Made by a program: the position numbers and the translations under genes. 64,000 nt of DNA from an uncultured Spirochaetota bacterium (GTDB lineage Bacteria; Spirochaetota; Brevinematia; Brevinematales; JAOACQ01), in assembly GCA_963768055.1 (NCBI GenBank), contig CAVYGN010000002.1, forward strand, positions 256,001 to 320,000, in the 5' to 3' direction. Within the stretch, counting starts at the first letter, position 1. Every line of letters starts with the position of its first letter. Below, piece after piece: positions 47,455 through 56,695 of this stretch. Under the pieces are notes generated by a model. It was given only the letters and a program-made list of their open reading frames with translations. It searched no databases and was not told where the DNA came from.

Positions 47455-48780
47455 ATGATTATTCGAAAATTACGAATCATTATTCCCGCAATATTTATAT
47501 ATTTATTCACAAGTTTATATGCCTCTCCTCCGACGCCATATAGCCAATCCGGGCTTTCAGGTCTTATCAAAGACCTCGTAATAATGAATCGTCTTGAAGA
47601 TTTTGACAGGCTGCGCCTTAATAACCCGGAAAGATTTTCAAACCTTGACCTGTGCGAGGGTTTTTATGAAACCGGCACCTCTTTTTACACTACAAAAAAA
47701 AGAATGCTGTCCCTTAAAACTTTTCTGAAAGGCGCTTTAATATTTCAGGACAGTCCGTATAAAGAGTACTGCATGCTCTACGCCGCGAAGATCTACTATC
47801 AGAAAAACAATAGGAACAGCGCCCTGTTTTATATCAACAGGGGCATTGAAATGGGCAATGCTGATAAATCATTCCTTGAAGAAGCTGAAAAGCTCAAGCG
47901 TAGGATCCGATGGGAATATATTGACAGCTCTGCCGGCCTGCCTGACAACAGCATCAGCGCTATCGGATTCGACGGAGACGATGTATGGATCGGAATGTGG
48001 GTGGGGGGATTATGCCGCTTTACAAGGAGTTCGCGAAAACTTACCAGATTTACTTCTGCCGGAGGGCTTATATCGGGTCATGTAAGGAGCCTGGCCGTTA
48101 CCAAAGACAGGGTATGGGTCGGCACTTACGAGGGCCTTTTCAGCTTCGACAAGAAGAGGGAAAAGTGGTCCAGGGAAAAAAGCGAACTCGGAAGCGTCCC
48201 AGTTAAACAGTTAAAAACGTTCGGCGGCAGGTTGTATGCCGCTACTCTCGGCAACGGGCTTTATATGCTTGACGGGATATCGTCAAGATGGAAGAGGATC
48301 TTTCATCAGGGGTCCCAGGTGAGCGACATTCTGCTCTCAGGAGGTATTCTTTATATCGCTACTCTTGACAGCGGTTTGTATATCCATAAGGATGGGACCG
48401 ATCTGAAGATACTGAGTGACTGCTCCCCTAAATCGATCTGCATGCACGGGGGTCTTCTCTGGGTGGGGACACATGGAAACGGCATTTTCCTGCTGGACTC
48501 TAAAAACTCTGTAGTCAAACATATAACAACGGCAAACGGCCTGACTTCGGATTACATCGAATCGGTCCGGGACAGGAATAACAGCGTTTTCATCGGGACT
48601 CTCGGCGGCGGCGCAATGTCGTACAATTTTTTATCGCGCCGCTGGTCTTTTGTCAGCGTCCTGGGCGGCCTGCCTTCGGACGACGTTGTAGATATCAATT
48701 TCGAGAAAAACAGGATATGGTTCGGGACGCTGTCCGGAGGGATAGGGATACTCTTGACGGAGAATTTTGACGATATTTAA
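47455..48780 (+). CDS. Secreted TPR-like plus beta-propeller protein (two-component-regulator propeller repeats)
   Basis: Signal peptide; GLPDNSISAI...VWIG, GLISGHVRSL..VWVGT, GLPSDDV...IWFGT repeats. Confidence 0.75.
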   Translation: MIIRKLRIIIPAIFIYLFTSLYASPPTPYSQSGLSGLIKDLVIMNRLEDFDRLRLNNPERFSNLDLCEGFYETGTSFYTTKKRMLSLKTFLKGALIFQDSPYKEYCMLYAAKIYYQKNNRNSALFYINRGIEMGNADKSFLEEAEKLKRRIRWEYIDSSAGLPDNSISAIGFDGDDVWIGMWVGGLCRFTRSSRKLTRFTSAGGLISGHVRSLAVTKDRVWVGTYEGLFSFDKKREKWSREKSELGSVPVKQLKTFGGRLYAATLGNGLYMLDGISSRWKRIFHQGSQVSDILLSGGILYIATLDSGLYIHKDGTDLKILSDCSPKSICMHGGLLWVGTHGNGIFLLDSKNSVVKHITTANGLTSDYIESVRDRNNSVFIGTLGGGAMSYNFLSRRWSFVSVLGGLPSDDVVDINFEKNRIWFGTLSGGIGILLTENFDDI

Positions 48781-48801
48781 ATTTATAAAAATAAACTGGT
48801 T

Positions 48802-49253
48802 TTACACAGAGGCACAGAGGAACGGAGAGTTTTATTGGAAACAAAAAAAACAGAAATTAATAAGCTTACTGAGAAAATAATAGGGCTAGTAATTGAAGTA
48901 CATCGTAACCTTGGTCCAGGTCTTCTAGAAAATGTTTATAAAAAATGTCTTTCTTATGAATTAAAGCAAGCTAAGATTGATTTTGAATTAGAAAAAGAAT
49001 TGCCAATTTATTACAAGGGTATAAAAATTGATTGCAATTATAGATTGGATATAATAATAAACAAAATACTAATTCTTGAATTAAAAAGTGTTGATAAATT
49101 AATGCCTGTTCATGAAGCTCAAATATTAACTTATATGAAACTTACCAATACGCCTGTTGGATTGCTTATTAATTTTAATGAAGCTATTGTTATAAATGGT
49201 ATAAAAAGGTTTTTATTAAAACAATAGCTCCGTGCCTCTGTGCCTCCGTGTAA
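48802..49253 (+). mobile_element. GxxExxY cassette 2: gene bracketed by 9-bp-periodic inverted repeats
   Basis: Left arm 48802-48827 matches the reverse complement of 49228-49253 at 24/26 positions; right arm begins immediately after the stop codon. Confidence 0.65.
48835..49227 (+). CDS. GxxExxY protein (PD-(D/E)xK-type nuclease fold)
   Basis: IEVHRNLGPGLLENVY, YRLDII...ILELKSV, HEAQILTYMKL, GLLINFN. Confidence 0.92.
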   Translation: METKKTEINKLTEKIIGLVIEVHRNLGPGLLENVYKKCLSYELKQAKIDFELEKELPIYYKGIKIDCNYRLDIIINKILILELKSVDKLMPVHEAQILTYMKLTNTPVGLLINFNEAIVINGIKRFLLKQ

Positions 49254-49314
49254 TCCTCCGAAGGCATTTATGGCAATATCTGGCAGAAATATATAATAAA
49301 GGTAAAGGTATTTT

Positions 49315-50868
49315 ATGAAACTTGCATTAAAGGAAGATATCTACCGGATCGATAGGGAATGCGCCGAGAAGTTCGGGCTGACGCCCCTGCTTTTGATGGA
49401 AAACGCCGGAGGCGCGGCTTATAATATCATTAAAGATGTTATCCCCGGATATAGGCAAAAGAAATTCCTTGTACTTTGCGGTCCGGGCAATAACGGAGGC
49501 GACGGAGCTGTACTTGCGCGGCGGTTGTTCTCTTCAGGGATAAATGTAAGGGTCATATACACCGGGTCGATGGAAAAAACCTCTTCCGAAGCCTCGATAA
49601 ATTTTTCTATAATCGAGAAAATCGGGGTTAAAATCAATAAGTTTCCTCCTGATTTTTCAGATCTAATTGAAGCAGCCGGACAGTGCGATGTAATGGTGGA
49701 TGCAATTTTCGGCATCGGGTTTCATGGCGAACCGGATGATCTCACAAAAAAAATCATCGATTCGATCAATAAATCGGGGAAAAAGGTGATATCCCTGGAC
49801 ATACCCTCGGGGCTCCAGGCGGACGGGCGGGCGTCGGGGCACTGCGTTAAAGCGGATTACACAATAACGTTCGGGCTCGCCAAGTTAGGAATGGCCGACT
49901 TTCCCGGAAGGGACCTGGCCGGAAAGATCCTTACCGACCCTATATCAATTCCGCCGAAATTACTGGAGGATCCTTCGATTAAAAACAATCTCATTACATT
50001 CGGCGATATTCAACACGCATATTCCCCAAGAAAACGCGACACAAATAAGGGGTCCTTCGGCCATCTCCTGATCGCCGGAGTGCAGATGAGCGGCGCTGTC
50101 ATTCTTGCCGGCGTAGGCGCCCTTAAATCCGGAACGGGACTCTTAACAATAGCCGCACCGGAAAAGATCTTACCGGCTATACGGAGAAAACTCCCGGAGG
50201 CTATAACCCTGCCCCTCAATGCGGACAATACAGAGGAAACCATCAAAATTCTGGGCGGTTTCATCAAGGAAAGAAAAATACGGACGGTCCTCGCAGGGAA
50301 CGGTTTCGGCACGGGGCCTTTCCAGAAATCTTTGATGCAATTTTTGCTGGCAAACGGCCAGCTTGAAAGACTCGTCATCGACGCCGACGGGCTTAACAAT
50401 ATAGCGGGCGACCGGGACCTGGCGCTTATGTTAAAAAACTCTAAGATGGATAAAATACTTACGCCTCATATCGGAGAGATGGCAAGGCTCCTCAATACTG
50501 ATAACTTGCGGGTAAAAAACAACAAGGCCGAATGCGCAAGACAATTTGCAAGGGAGTACAAGCTTTATCTCGTTTTAAAAGATGCGGTAAGCGTCATCGC
50601 CGAACCCCGGGGCGATATTTATATAAGCGATCGCGGCAGTTCAAGCCTTGCAAAGGGCGGGAGCGGGGACATTCTGGCGGGCATAATCTCAGGCCTATGG
50701 GCATCGGGCTATCCGCCCCTCGCGGCATGCCAGCTGGGAACCTATCTCCTTGGAAGGGCCGGAGAAAAATACGAGGAAAAATGGGGTGCGGAATCGGCAC
50801 TCGCAAGAGATATTTTGAGAGTTGTCCCGGCTGTTTTCTCTGAGATCAATCGGGGGATTTCCAGATAA
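49315..50868 (+). CDS. nnr: Bifunctional NAD(P)H-hydrate epimerase/dehydratase
   Basis: LMENAG, GPGNNGGDG, DIPSG, DADGL, TPHIGEMARL, GGSGDILAG. Confidence 0.92.
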   Translation: MKLALKEDIYRIDRECAEKFGLTPLLLMENAGGAAYNIIKDVIPGYRQKKFLVLCGPGNNGGDGAVLARRLFSSGINVRVIYTGSMEKTSSEASINFSIIEKIGVKINKFPPDFSDLIEAAGQCDVMVDAIFGIGFHGEPDDLTKKIIDSINKSGKKVISLDIPSGLQADGRASGHCVKADYTITFGLAKLGMADFPGRDLAGKILTDPISIPPKLLEDPSIKNNLITFGDIQHAYSPRKRDTNKGSFGHLLIAGVQMSGAVILAGVGALKSGTGLLTIAAPEKILPAIRRKLPEAITLPLNADNTEETIKILGGFIKERKIRTVLAGNGFGTGPFQKSLMQFLLANGQLERLVIDADGLNNIAGDRDLALMLKNSKMDKILTPHIGEMARLLNTDNLRVKNNKAECARQFAREYKLYLVLKDAVSVIAEPRGDIYISDRGSSSLAKGGSGDILAGIISGLWASGYPPLAACQLGTYLLGRAGEKYEEKWGAESALARDILRVVPAVFSEINRGISR

Positions 50869-51301
50869 CCCTGATCTTCTCCCAGGCGCTTTCTTTATAG
50901 CGTTTGAAAGTATCCCTGGTTTCCTGGCTGTTTACATCCACGGAACTTTGAAAGGCGTCCGCCTCGTTAATTATTTTATCATAAGCGTCGATTATACTCA
51001 TAGCAAGCTGCCTGTCTTCAGGGCTTAATTTAACAGAATCCGATATCTTTCTGAAAGTTTCCCTGGATTTTCTCGCCGATAAGGATACATTCCCGGCCAT
51101 CTTTCTGGCGAAACCGCTGTCATAAATGCTTCCGTAATAAGAGTCGGCGAGAAGCCCGATCGATGTATAAAGATAATACAGGTTCTCTCCCCCGAGGAAA
51201 CCTATAACCTCCAGGTTCTGCTCCTGCGTATAAGTGGCGGCTTTCAGGACTAAAAATAAAATCGTTAAAATAATGGCCTTTTTCATATCTTTCTCCTGCA
51301 T
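50846..51301 (-). CDS. Secreted hypothetical helical protein
   Basis: MKKAII signal peptide; no family recognised. Confidence 0.6.
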   Translation of the reverse strand: MQEKDMKKAIILTILFLVLKAATYTQEQNLEVIGFLGGENLYYLYTSIGLLADSYYGSIYDSGFARKMAGNVSLSARKSRETFRKISDSVKLSPEDRQLAMSIIDAYDKIINEADAFQSSVDVNSQETRDTFKRYKESAWEKIRVIWKSPD

Positions 51302-51303
51302 AT

Positions 51304-52461
51304 TTAATGATCTATAACCTTGCCCGGTTCAAGCCCGCTTAAAAACTCCTCACAGGGCAGGCAAAGAATTCCATCGATCTTTAATCTTTCTTTTCCACGG
51401 TAAAGAAGATATGCATTTGACTCCGGGTAATCGTCCTTAAATGCCTTGAGAGACTTAAGGTCGGATCTGTCTATCCTGCCCGAATTTTTTACTTCCAGGG
51501 CAATAAATATTTTTTTGCCGTAAACCACAAAATCCACTTCGGTGCCGGATGAAGTGCGCCAGTAATATAACCGGCTGTCCAAACCCGAATAATCGCACCA
51601 TGCAGCAAGATGTTGAGCCACAATGCCTTCCAGTGCTGCCCCATCGATTTCGGATGGCCGGTCCAGGGGTCCCGACGGCCTGATAATATGAAAAACTCCG
51701 GCATCAAAAAAGTAAAATTTAGGATGTGCCGAAACCGCCCTTTTAGCTCTCCTGTCGAATACCTGCAGGCGGAAACCGAGAAGCAGGTCTTCGAGAATAG
51801 CAATATAACCTTCGACCACCTTTCTTTCAACCGCGCATTCCCGGGCTATGTTGCTGACATTTATCACACTGCCATGAGAAAAGCTTATAGATTCAAGAAA
51901 TCGTGAAAAATTTCCAATGTTCCTTGTAAGGCCTTCCATCATTATTTCTTCTTTTAGATATAAAGAAACATAGGAATTAAGAATTTCAGCAGGATCTTCC
52001 CTGAAATATACAAGCGGAAGCATGCCTGAATTAATCGCTTTTTCAAGTTCAAAATACTTTCCAAGTTCAGACGCCAAAAAAGGATGCATATGTTTCATTA
52101 CAGCCCTTCCCGCCAGAAGGTTCACACCTGTTCTTTTAAGTTTCCGGGGGCTTGAACAGGTCATTATAAAATGCAGATCCTTCCTATCTTCAATTAATTT
52201 ATGGATAACGTCAAGCAATTCAGGGACTTTTTGTATCTCATCGATTATTACAGCCGTTTTTTCAATGCCGCCCTCTATCATTTCAATCAGCCTTTCCGGC
52301 CTTGACGCCAGAAGGCGGAAGAGATCAGGTTCGAGAAGATCCACATACAAAGCATCGGGGAATTTCTTTTTCAGCCACGAAGACTTGCCGGTTCCCCTCG
52401 GCCCAAAAAGAAATACACTTCCTTCAGATATTGTCAATGATCTTGGAATCCATTTTTCCAT
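51304..52461 (-). CDS. AAA_14-type ATPase with DUF4143 / restriction-endonuclease-like C-terminus
   Basis: GPRGTGKS, IIDEIQK, PKFYFFDAG, YYWRT..G.EVDFV...ALEVK. Confidence 0.88.
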   Translation of the reverse strand: MEKWIPRSLTISEGSVFLFGPRGTGKSSWLKKKFPDALYVDLLEPDLFRLLASRPERLIEMIEGGIEKTAVIIDEIQKVPELLDVIHKLIEDRKDLHFIMTCSSPRKLKRTGVNLLAGRAVMKHMHPFLASELGKYFELEKAINSGMLPLVYFREDPAEILNSYVSLYLKEEIMMEGLTRNIGNFSRFLESISFSHGSVINVSNIARECAVERKVVEGYIAILEDLLLGFRLQVFDRRAKRAVSAHPKFYFFDAGVFHIIRPSGPLDRPSEIDGAALEGIVAQHLAAWCDYSGLDSRLYYWRTSSGTEVDFVVYGKKIFIALEVKNSGRIDRSDLKSLKAFKDDYPESNAYLLYRGKERLKIDGILCLPCEEFLSGLEPGKVIDH

Positions 52462-52474
52462 ATTTGGTCCATTT

Positions 52475-52493
52475 TTGGAATTATAACTTCCAA
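52475..52493. promoter_or_regulatory. Palindrome overlapping the ATPase promoter region
   Basis: TTGGAA-N7-TTCCAA just downstream of a minus-strand TTGACA-N17-TAGAAT. Confidence 0.45.
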
Positions 52494-52661
52494 TATTCTA
52501 AAATAATTTTTATCTGTTGTCAAGCAAGAGAATTGCATCAAGGGATAAGGCTGCCGGAAAGCGATACAAGCTGCGCCATCTCCGTGTTCATTGGCGTGGC
52601 TTAGCGGAAAACCTCAGAAGCTACGCTAATATAGCGTTGAATTGTAACAAATAATAATACT

Positions 52662-53477
52662 TCAATCGTTCACAACATTTTTCAATTGATTGGATATTAT
52701 GTCATAATCATTTGAGAAATCTATAGTACGGTCGTTTTCCCTGGGATAAATTATTGCCGTTACAACGGCTTTAGTGCCGTTCTGGTAAGGATACACGGTT
52801 AAATATATATCAGCCCTGGAGCTAGACGGCCCTTCAAAGGCAAAATATGATTTAACCATTTTCCCGGAAACCGGATCAATCGAAGGCTTATTCTGAACAT
52901 TCAGAAGCCTTTGAAAATTACCATTGATGGAATCAGGGTTATATTTCGAGATATATTCGAAACTTGCGACAAGATAAATATCCCTTGCAAAATCCGTATA
53001 AATCTGGCCGGCGTTTTTATAGTAGCTTCCCGAACTATAAACTAATAATTCAGAGTGTATCTTATCCTTGATGCCGCTATATTCAAGTATGTACTGGATA
53101 TTACCCGGTTCGCTATTCTTTTTACAGGTTAAAAACAAATTAAAATCGCTCTTGCCGTTATACTGCCTTTGTAAAATAATTGTATTCGATATGGATATAT
53201 ATTTCTTCCCATCCAGTAAAAAGCCTGCAGGATAATCAGTGTAGCCGTTAACATAATCGTAGATTTTCCAGCCCTGGTCGCCTTTAAACAGTACGGCATC
53301 TATCATGGAGCTGTTATTCGAGATATATTCGCCGGAGAGGGCAGGATTTTTAACTCCGGCGGGCGCTTTAATCGTTAAAAAAATTCCTCTTCCGACGCCG
53401 TAATCGGTTTTAACAATATCTAATTGGCATGAAGAACACGCTGTTATTAATATTAAAGGTAAAAAATAACGGAACAT
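52662..53477 (-). CDS. Hypothetical lipoprotein
   Basis: MFRYFLPLILITAC lipobox-like; GGAGG RBS. Confidence 0.65.
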   Translation of the reverse strand: MFRYFLPLILITACSSCQLDIVKTDYGVGRGIFLTIKAPAGVKNPALSGEYISNNSSMIDAVLFKGDQGWKIYDYVNGYTDYPAGFLLDGKKYISISNTIILQRQYNGKSDFNLFLTCKKNSEPGNIQYILEYSGIKDKIHSELLVYSSGSYYKNAGQIYTDFARDIYLVASFEYISKYNPDSINGNFQRLLNVQNKPSIDPVSGKMVKSYFAFEGPSSSRADIYLTVYPYQNGTKAVVTAIIYPRENDRTIDFSNDYDIISNQLKNVVND

Positions 53478-53502
53478 TTCCCTGACCTCCAAACATGCAT
53501 GA

Positions 53503-53653
53503 GGGCACTTCTAAATACCGCCTTTTCACCGGACAAGCCGGTACAGGCAAGGCGGCAAGGTAGCCCCCTTACGGGGACAAGTGCACCATAGGGCGATTTC
53601 ATTACTATTAGAAAATCATTTATTAATAACAAGGTTAGTTTTTAGAACCGCCC
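53503..53653. mobile_element. MITE-like element, family B, with extra internal hairpins
   Basis: Ends GGGCACTTCTAAA / TTTAGAACCGCCC; collinear with 44484-44594. Confidence 0.7.
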
Positions 53654-53757
53654 ATAAGAATAACATTTGTTTAATATAATTTCAAATAAAAAATATACAT
53701 TAATCAGGATTTCAATTTATAATAATTCCTTCATTTTAATGAAATCCCGGAGGGTTT

Positions 53758-54927
53758 ATGCAAAAGCTGTTTTTATTAAGTTTCCTTTTGTTATTTGCCG
53801 CTTCTATTTCTTTCTCCAGCCCCTCCGTTACTTTCGACATATTCAATTCGTCGTATGTTTACGATGACGAGAACGGCAATGGGAACGGAAACGACTGGGA
53901 CTTGACCCAGTATACGCTCACTTACATCCAGGACATTTTTCAGCCCACTTTCACTATAAAGATGAACGACTCCCTTTCTTTTAAAGCCGGCTCGGGCTTC
54001 CTTATAGATTTTAACCAGCAGTCGAAGGTTGACGGATATTACCCTTATGTTCAGACAAAGATCAATTTCGGTGAAACTGTGCTTACGGTCGGAAACATCG
54101 ACTGCAACCATAACATGCCCGCCCCAATGATGGACGAGGCTTCGAGCATCACCCCTTTCATCCGCATCACCAATCATAACCACATGATGTACAGCCTGTT
54201 CAGCAACGTCGCACCCAACGAGAACGGGGATTACAACCCCACGATCGACGACGATACATGCGGCTTCTATCAATACGGCGCCGCTTACAACTGGAATGCT
54301 AAAAACGGAGTGCAGGGCGAACTATATCTTAACTGGCAGGAGATGGACATCTCGAACTCTTTTGAGAGCCATCGTGAAAGGTTCGACTGCGCACTTATCG
54401 AAAGTTACCAGCTGTTCGACATTTTGCCGCTTTACGGCTGCGTCCATTACTGGCATAACGGCGGCCATGAAACATACCATCCTGTCCCGGTCACCGAAAA
54501 TTATACCGGTGCCTTCGGATTGCGTAATACCAATTTCGATATCCTTTACATGGTATCGCAAATGTACTACGACAGGGATATCCCATCCTTTTCAGTCTTC
54601 GGCCAGGCTATATACATTGACTACCATTTGAGATTCGGAGACCTTGATATACAGCCGGAATTTTTTGTTTCGGACGCGTGGATCAATCCCAGCGATCATT
54701 TCATATCAGTCGAGGGCGATCCTTATTTTTATGCGCCGTTTTATGCCGGGATTAATGTTTATTATAATTTCTATTTCGATAAGGAAAGGACGACTCTTTG
54801 CCAGATGGGATTTGTAAACGGGACGTACATTGCCGCACCCTTTGAGCCTTATGAGATTGAGGATTTAAGGAACGACTTCCTGCTAAGGGTAAATTTTCAG
54901 TATTCGTTCGATATAATCAAAAATTGA
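53758..54927 (+). CDS. Probable outer-membrane beta-barrel protein
   Basis: Signal peptide; aromatic-rich alternating strands; C-terminal LRVNFQYSF. Confidence 0.6.
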   Translation: MQKLFLLSFLLLFAASISFSSPSVTFDIFNSSYVYDDENGNGNGNDWDLTQYTLTYIQDIFQPTFTIKMNDSLSFKAGSGFLIDFNQQSKVDGYYPYVQTKINFGETVLTVGNIDCNHNMPAPMMDEASSITPFIRITNHNHMMYSLFSNVAPNENGDYNPTIDDDTCGFYQYGAAYNWNAKNGVQGELYLNWQEMDISNSFESHRERFDCALIESYQLFDILPLYGCVHYWHNGGHETYHPVPVTENYTGAFGLRNTNFDILYMVSQMYYDRDIPSFSVFGQAIYIDYHLRFGDLDIQPEFFVSDAWINPSDHFISVEGDPYFYAPFYAGINVYYNFYFDKERTTLCQMGFVNGTYIAAPFEPYEIEDLRNDFLLRVNFQYSFDIIKN

Positions 54928-55121
54928 CCGGGGATAAACTATCCGCAGATCCTTCGACGCAGATTATCATTAAAATATGAAGGGATCAAAATATAATTTT
55001 TGGATTGTTTCCCATTTTTCAAATGAAAATCCGTTCGTTCTATTAAAAATACATTGCTGATATGATTTGAGTATTTGCAGCAAACATTATAAAATAAACC
55101 AAAGGCAGGGAGAATTAATTT

Positions 55122-55709
55122 ATGCCCGACTACATTAAAGCATCTTACCTTGAATCTCTCAACGCTTTAAGCGATTTCATCGAAAACGGCGTCAACATTA
55201 ACAAAACCGCCGAGGTGTCGAAACTTATAGCCGAAACTTTTAAAAGCGGGAACAAGGTCATCATTGCGGGCAACGGCGGCAGCGCCTGCGACGCAATGCA
55301 TTTTGCGGAGGAATTTACGGGCAAGTTCAGGTCCGACAGGAAAAGCCTGCCCGTCATCGCCCTGACTGACCCTGCGCATATAACCGCGGTAGGCAACGAC
55401 TTCGGGTTCGAGCACGTATTCTCCCGCGGGATCGAGGCCTATGGGAAAAAAGGCGATGTTTTTATAGGCATATCGACCAGCGGAAATTCTAAAAATATCG
55501 TAAAAGCCCTGGAAAAATGCCTCGAACTGGGCATAACACCGGTCGCTCTCCTCGGAAAGGGCGGGGGTGTTATAAAGGGGACATGCCCTTACGAGTTCAT
55601 AGCGCCGGGGAAGACCTCGGACAGGGCGCAGGAGATCCACATGGTGATCCTGCATATAATAATCGAAGGGGCGGAAAGGCTCCTGTTTCCCGGGAATTAT
55701 TCAGGGTAA
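55122..55709 (+). CDS. gmhA: Phosphoheptose (sedoheptulose-7-phosphate) isomerase
   Basis: GNGGSACDAMHFAEE, GNDFGF, ISTSGNS.N, R.QE.H...H. Confidence 0.92.
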   Translation: MPDYIKASYLESLNALSDFIENGVNINKTAEVSKLIAETFKSGNKVIIAGNGGSACDAMHFAEEFTGKFRSDRKSLPVIALTDPAHITAVGNDFGFEHVFSRGIEAYGKKGDVFIGISTSGNSKNIVKALEKCLELGITPVALLGKGGGVIKGTCPYEFIAPGKTSDRAQEIHMVILHIIIEGAERLLFPGNYSG

Positions 55710-55726
55710 TACAGAAGGAGGAATAG

Positions 55727-56659
55727 ATGAAAAGAATATTGTTAATTGCAGTACTAATTTCCCTGTCCGCGGTTTTATCGACGGCAGGGTACGGCTCCGT
55801 GGACGACAACTCAAATTCGTTTAAAATCCAGGCCGGCGGGGAATGGATGTACGGGTACACCCTTTACGAGATAGGGGGTACAGTCCAGGATTATACAGGC
55901 GGAAATACGTGGACTCAGCCTTTTCCTACAAGCGAGCTCAAATATCCCGTCAACATTTTCCTTGCGACATTAAAAGCGGATTGGTCCTTCCATGACAGAT
56001 TCGAAATCGAGCTTACCGTCAAACAAAGCGTTTCGTCAAACTACGGGCTGGTTGAAGATTCAGACTGGTGGATACTGTCGGGCAATCCGAATACTCTGGA
56101 TGTTTACTCGACATCGGACGCATCCCTGGAATTTTCTTCAATCGACGCCCTATTCATGATCAAACTATTTTCCAGGTCGGGCTTCTCCTTGTCGGTCGGG
56201 CCCGGCTTTTTGTTCCAGTATTTTTATTACGATATAAGCAACCTTGACCAGACTTACCCCTCAGGCTATTATTCGGAAACTAATGTCTCCGGACAGATAG
56301 GGACTTACCAACTGGAAGAATATATATTCTACGCCGGATTTAAATTAAAATACTACACGGACTTTATTAATATCCAGTTGCTTCTCGGGCTGTCCCCGGC
56401 GGTCAGTTCGGACACGGATGAGCATTTACTCAGGAGTCTGGAGCTGGACGGTTCCGGTACCGGCCTCGGAGCGCTTGCGCGCCTTGACATAGCGATGTAT
56501 TTCACCGAAAATTTTTTCCTGGACCTGAAGGGCGGATTTATCTATATAACGACCAAAGGCACTCAGTATCAGTATACATCAGGAGACACAGCCTCTATAG
56601 ACTATTCGCATGAGAGCATGCAGGCCACGGCCGGCCTGGATATAGGGTTTGCTTTTTAA
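55727..56659 (+). CDS. Omptin family outer-membrane protease
   Basis: Signal peptide; SELKYP, EDSDW, DTDEHLLR; C-terminal Phe. Confidence 0.7.
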   Translation: MKRILLIAVLISLSAVLSTAGYGSVDDNSNSFKIQAGGEWMYGYTLYEIGGTVQDYTGGNTWTQPFPTSELKYPVNIFLATLKADWSFHDRFEIELTVKQSVSSNYGLVEDSDWWILSGNPNTLDVYSTSDASLEFSSIDALFMIKLFSRSGFSLSVGPGFLFQYFYYDISNLDQTYPSGYYSETNVSGQIGTYQLEEYIFYAGFKLKYYTDFINIQLLLGLSPAVSSDTDEHLLRSLELDGSGTGLGALARLDIAMYFTENFFLDLKGGFIYITTKGTQYQYTSGDTASIDYSHESMQATAGLDIGFAF

Positions 56660-56695
56660 ACAGGCGGATTCCGGAGGTTTTATGGACGGCGCAGA

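Noticed and set aside
46885..49253. Composite transposon carrying the propeller gene
   Set aside because: The two cassettes have different arm sequences and diverged proteins, and no shared outer ends or target duplication are visible; independent insertions are simpler.
51304..52461. Named anti-phage defence system
   Set aside because: Stand-alone AAA_14/DUF4143 genes are common and no partner genes are adjacent.
52570..52612. GC-rich stretch resembling a decayed right arm
   Set aside because: Periodicity is weak and there is no convincing match elsewhere in the window.
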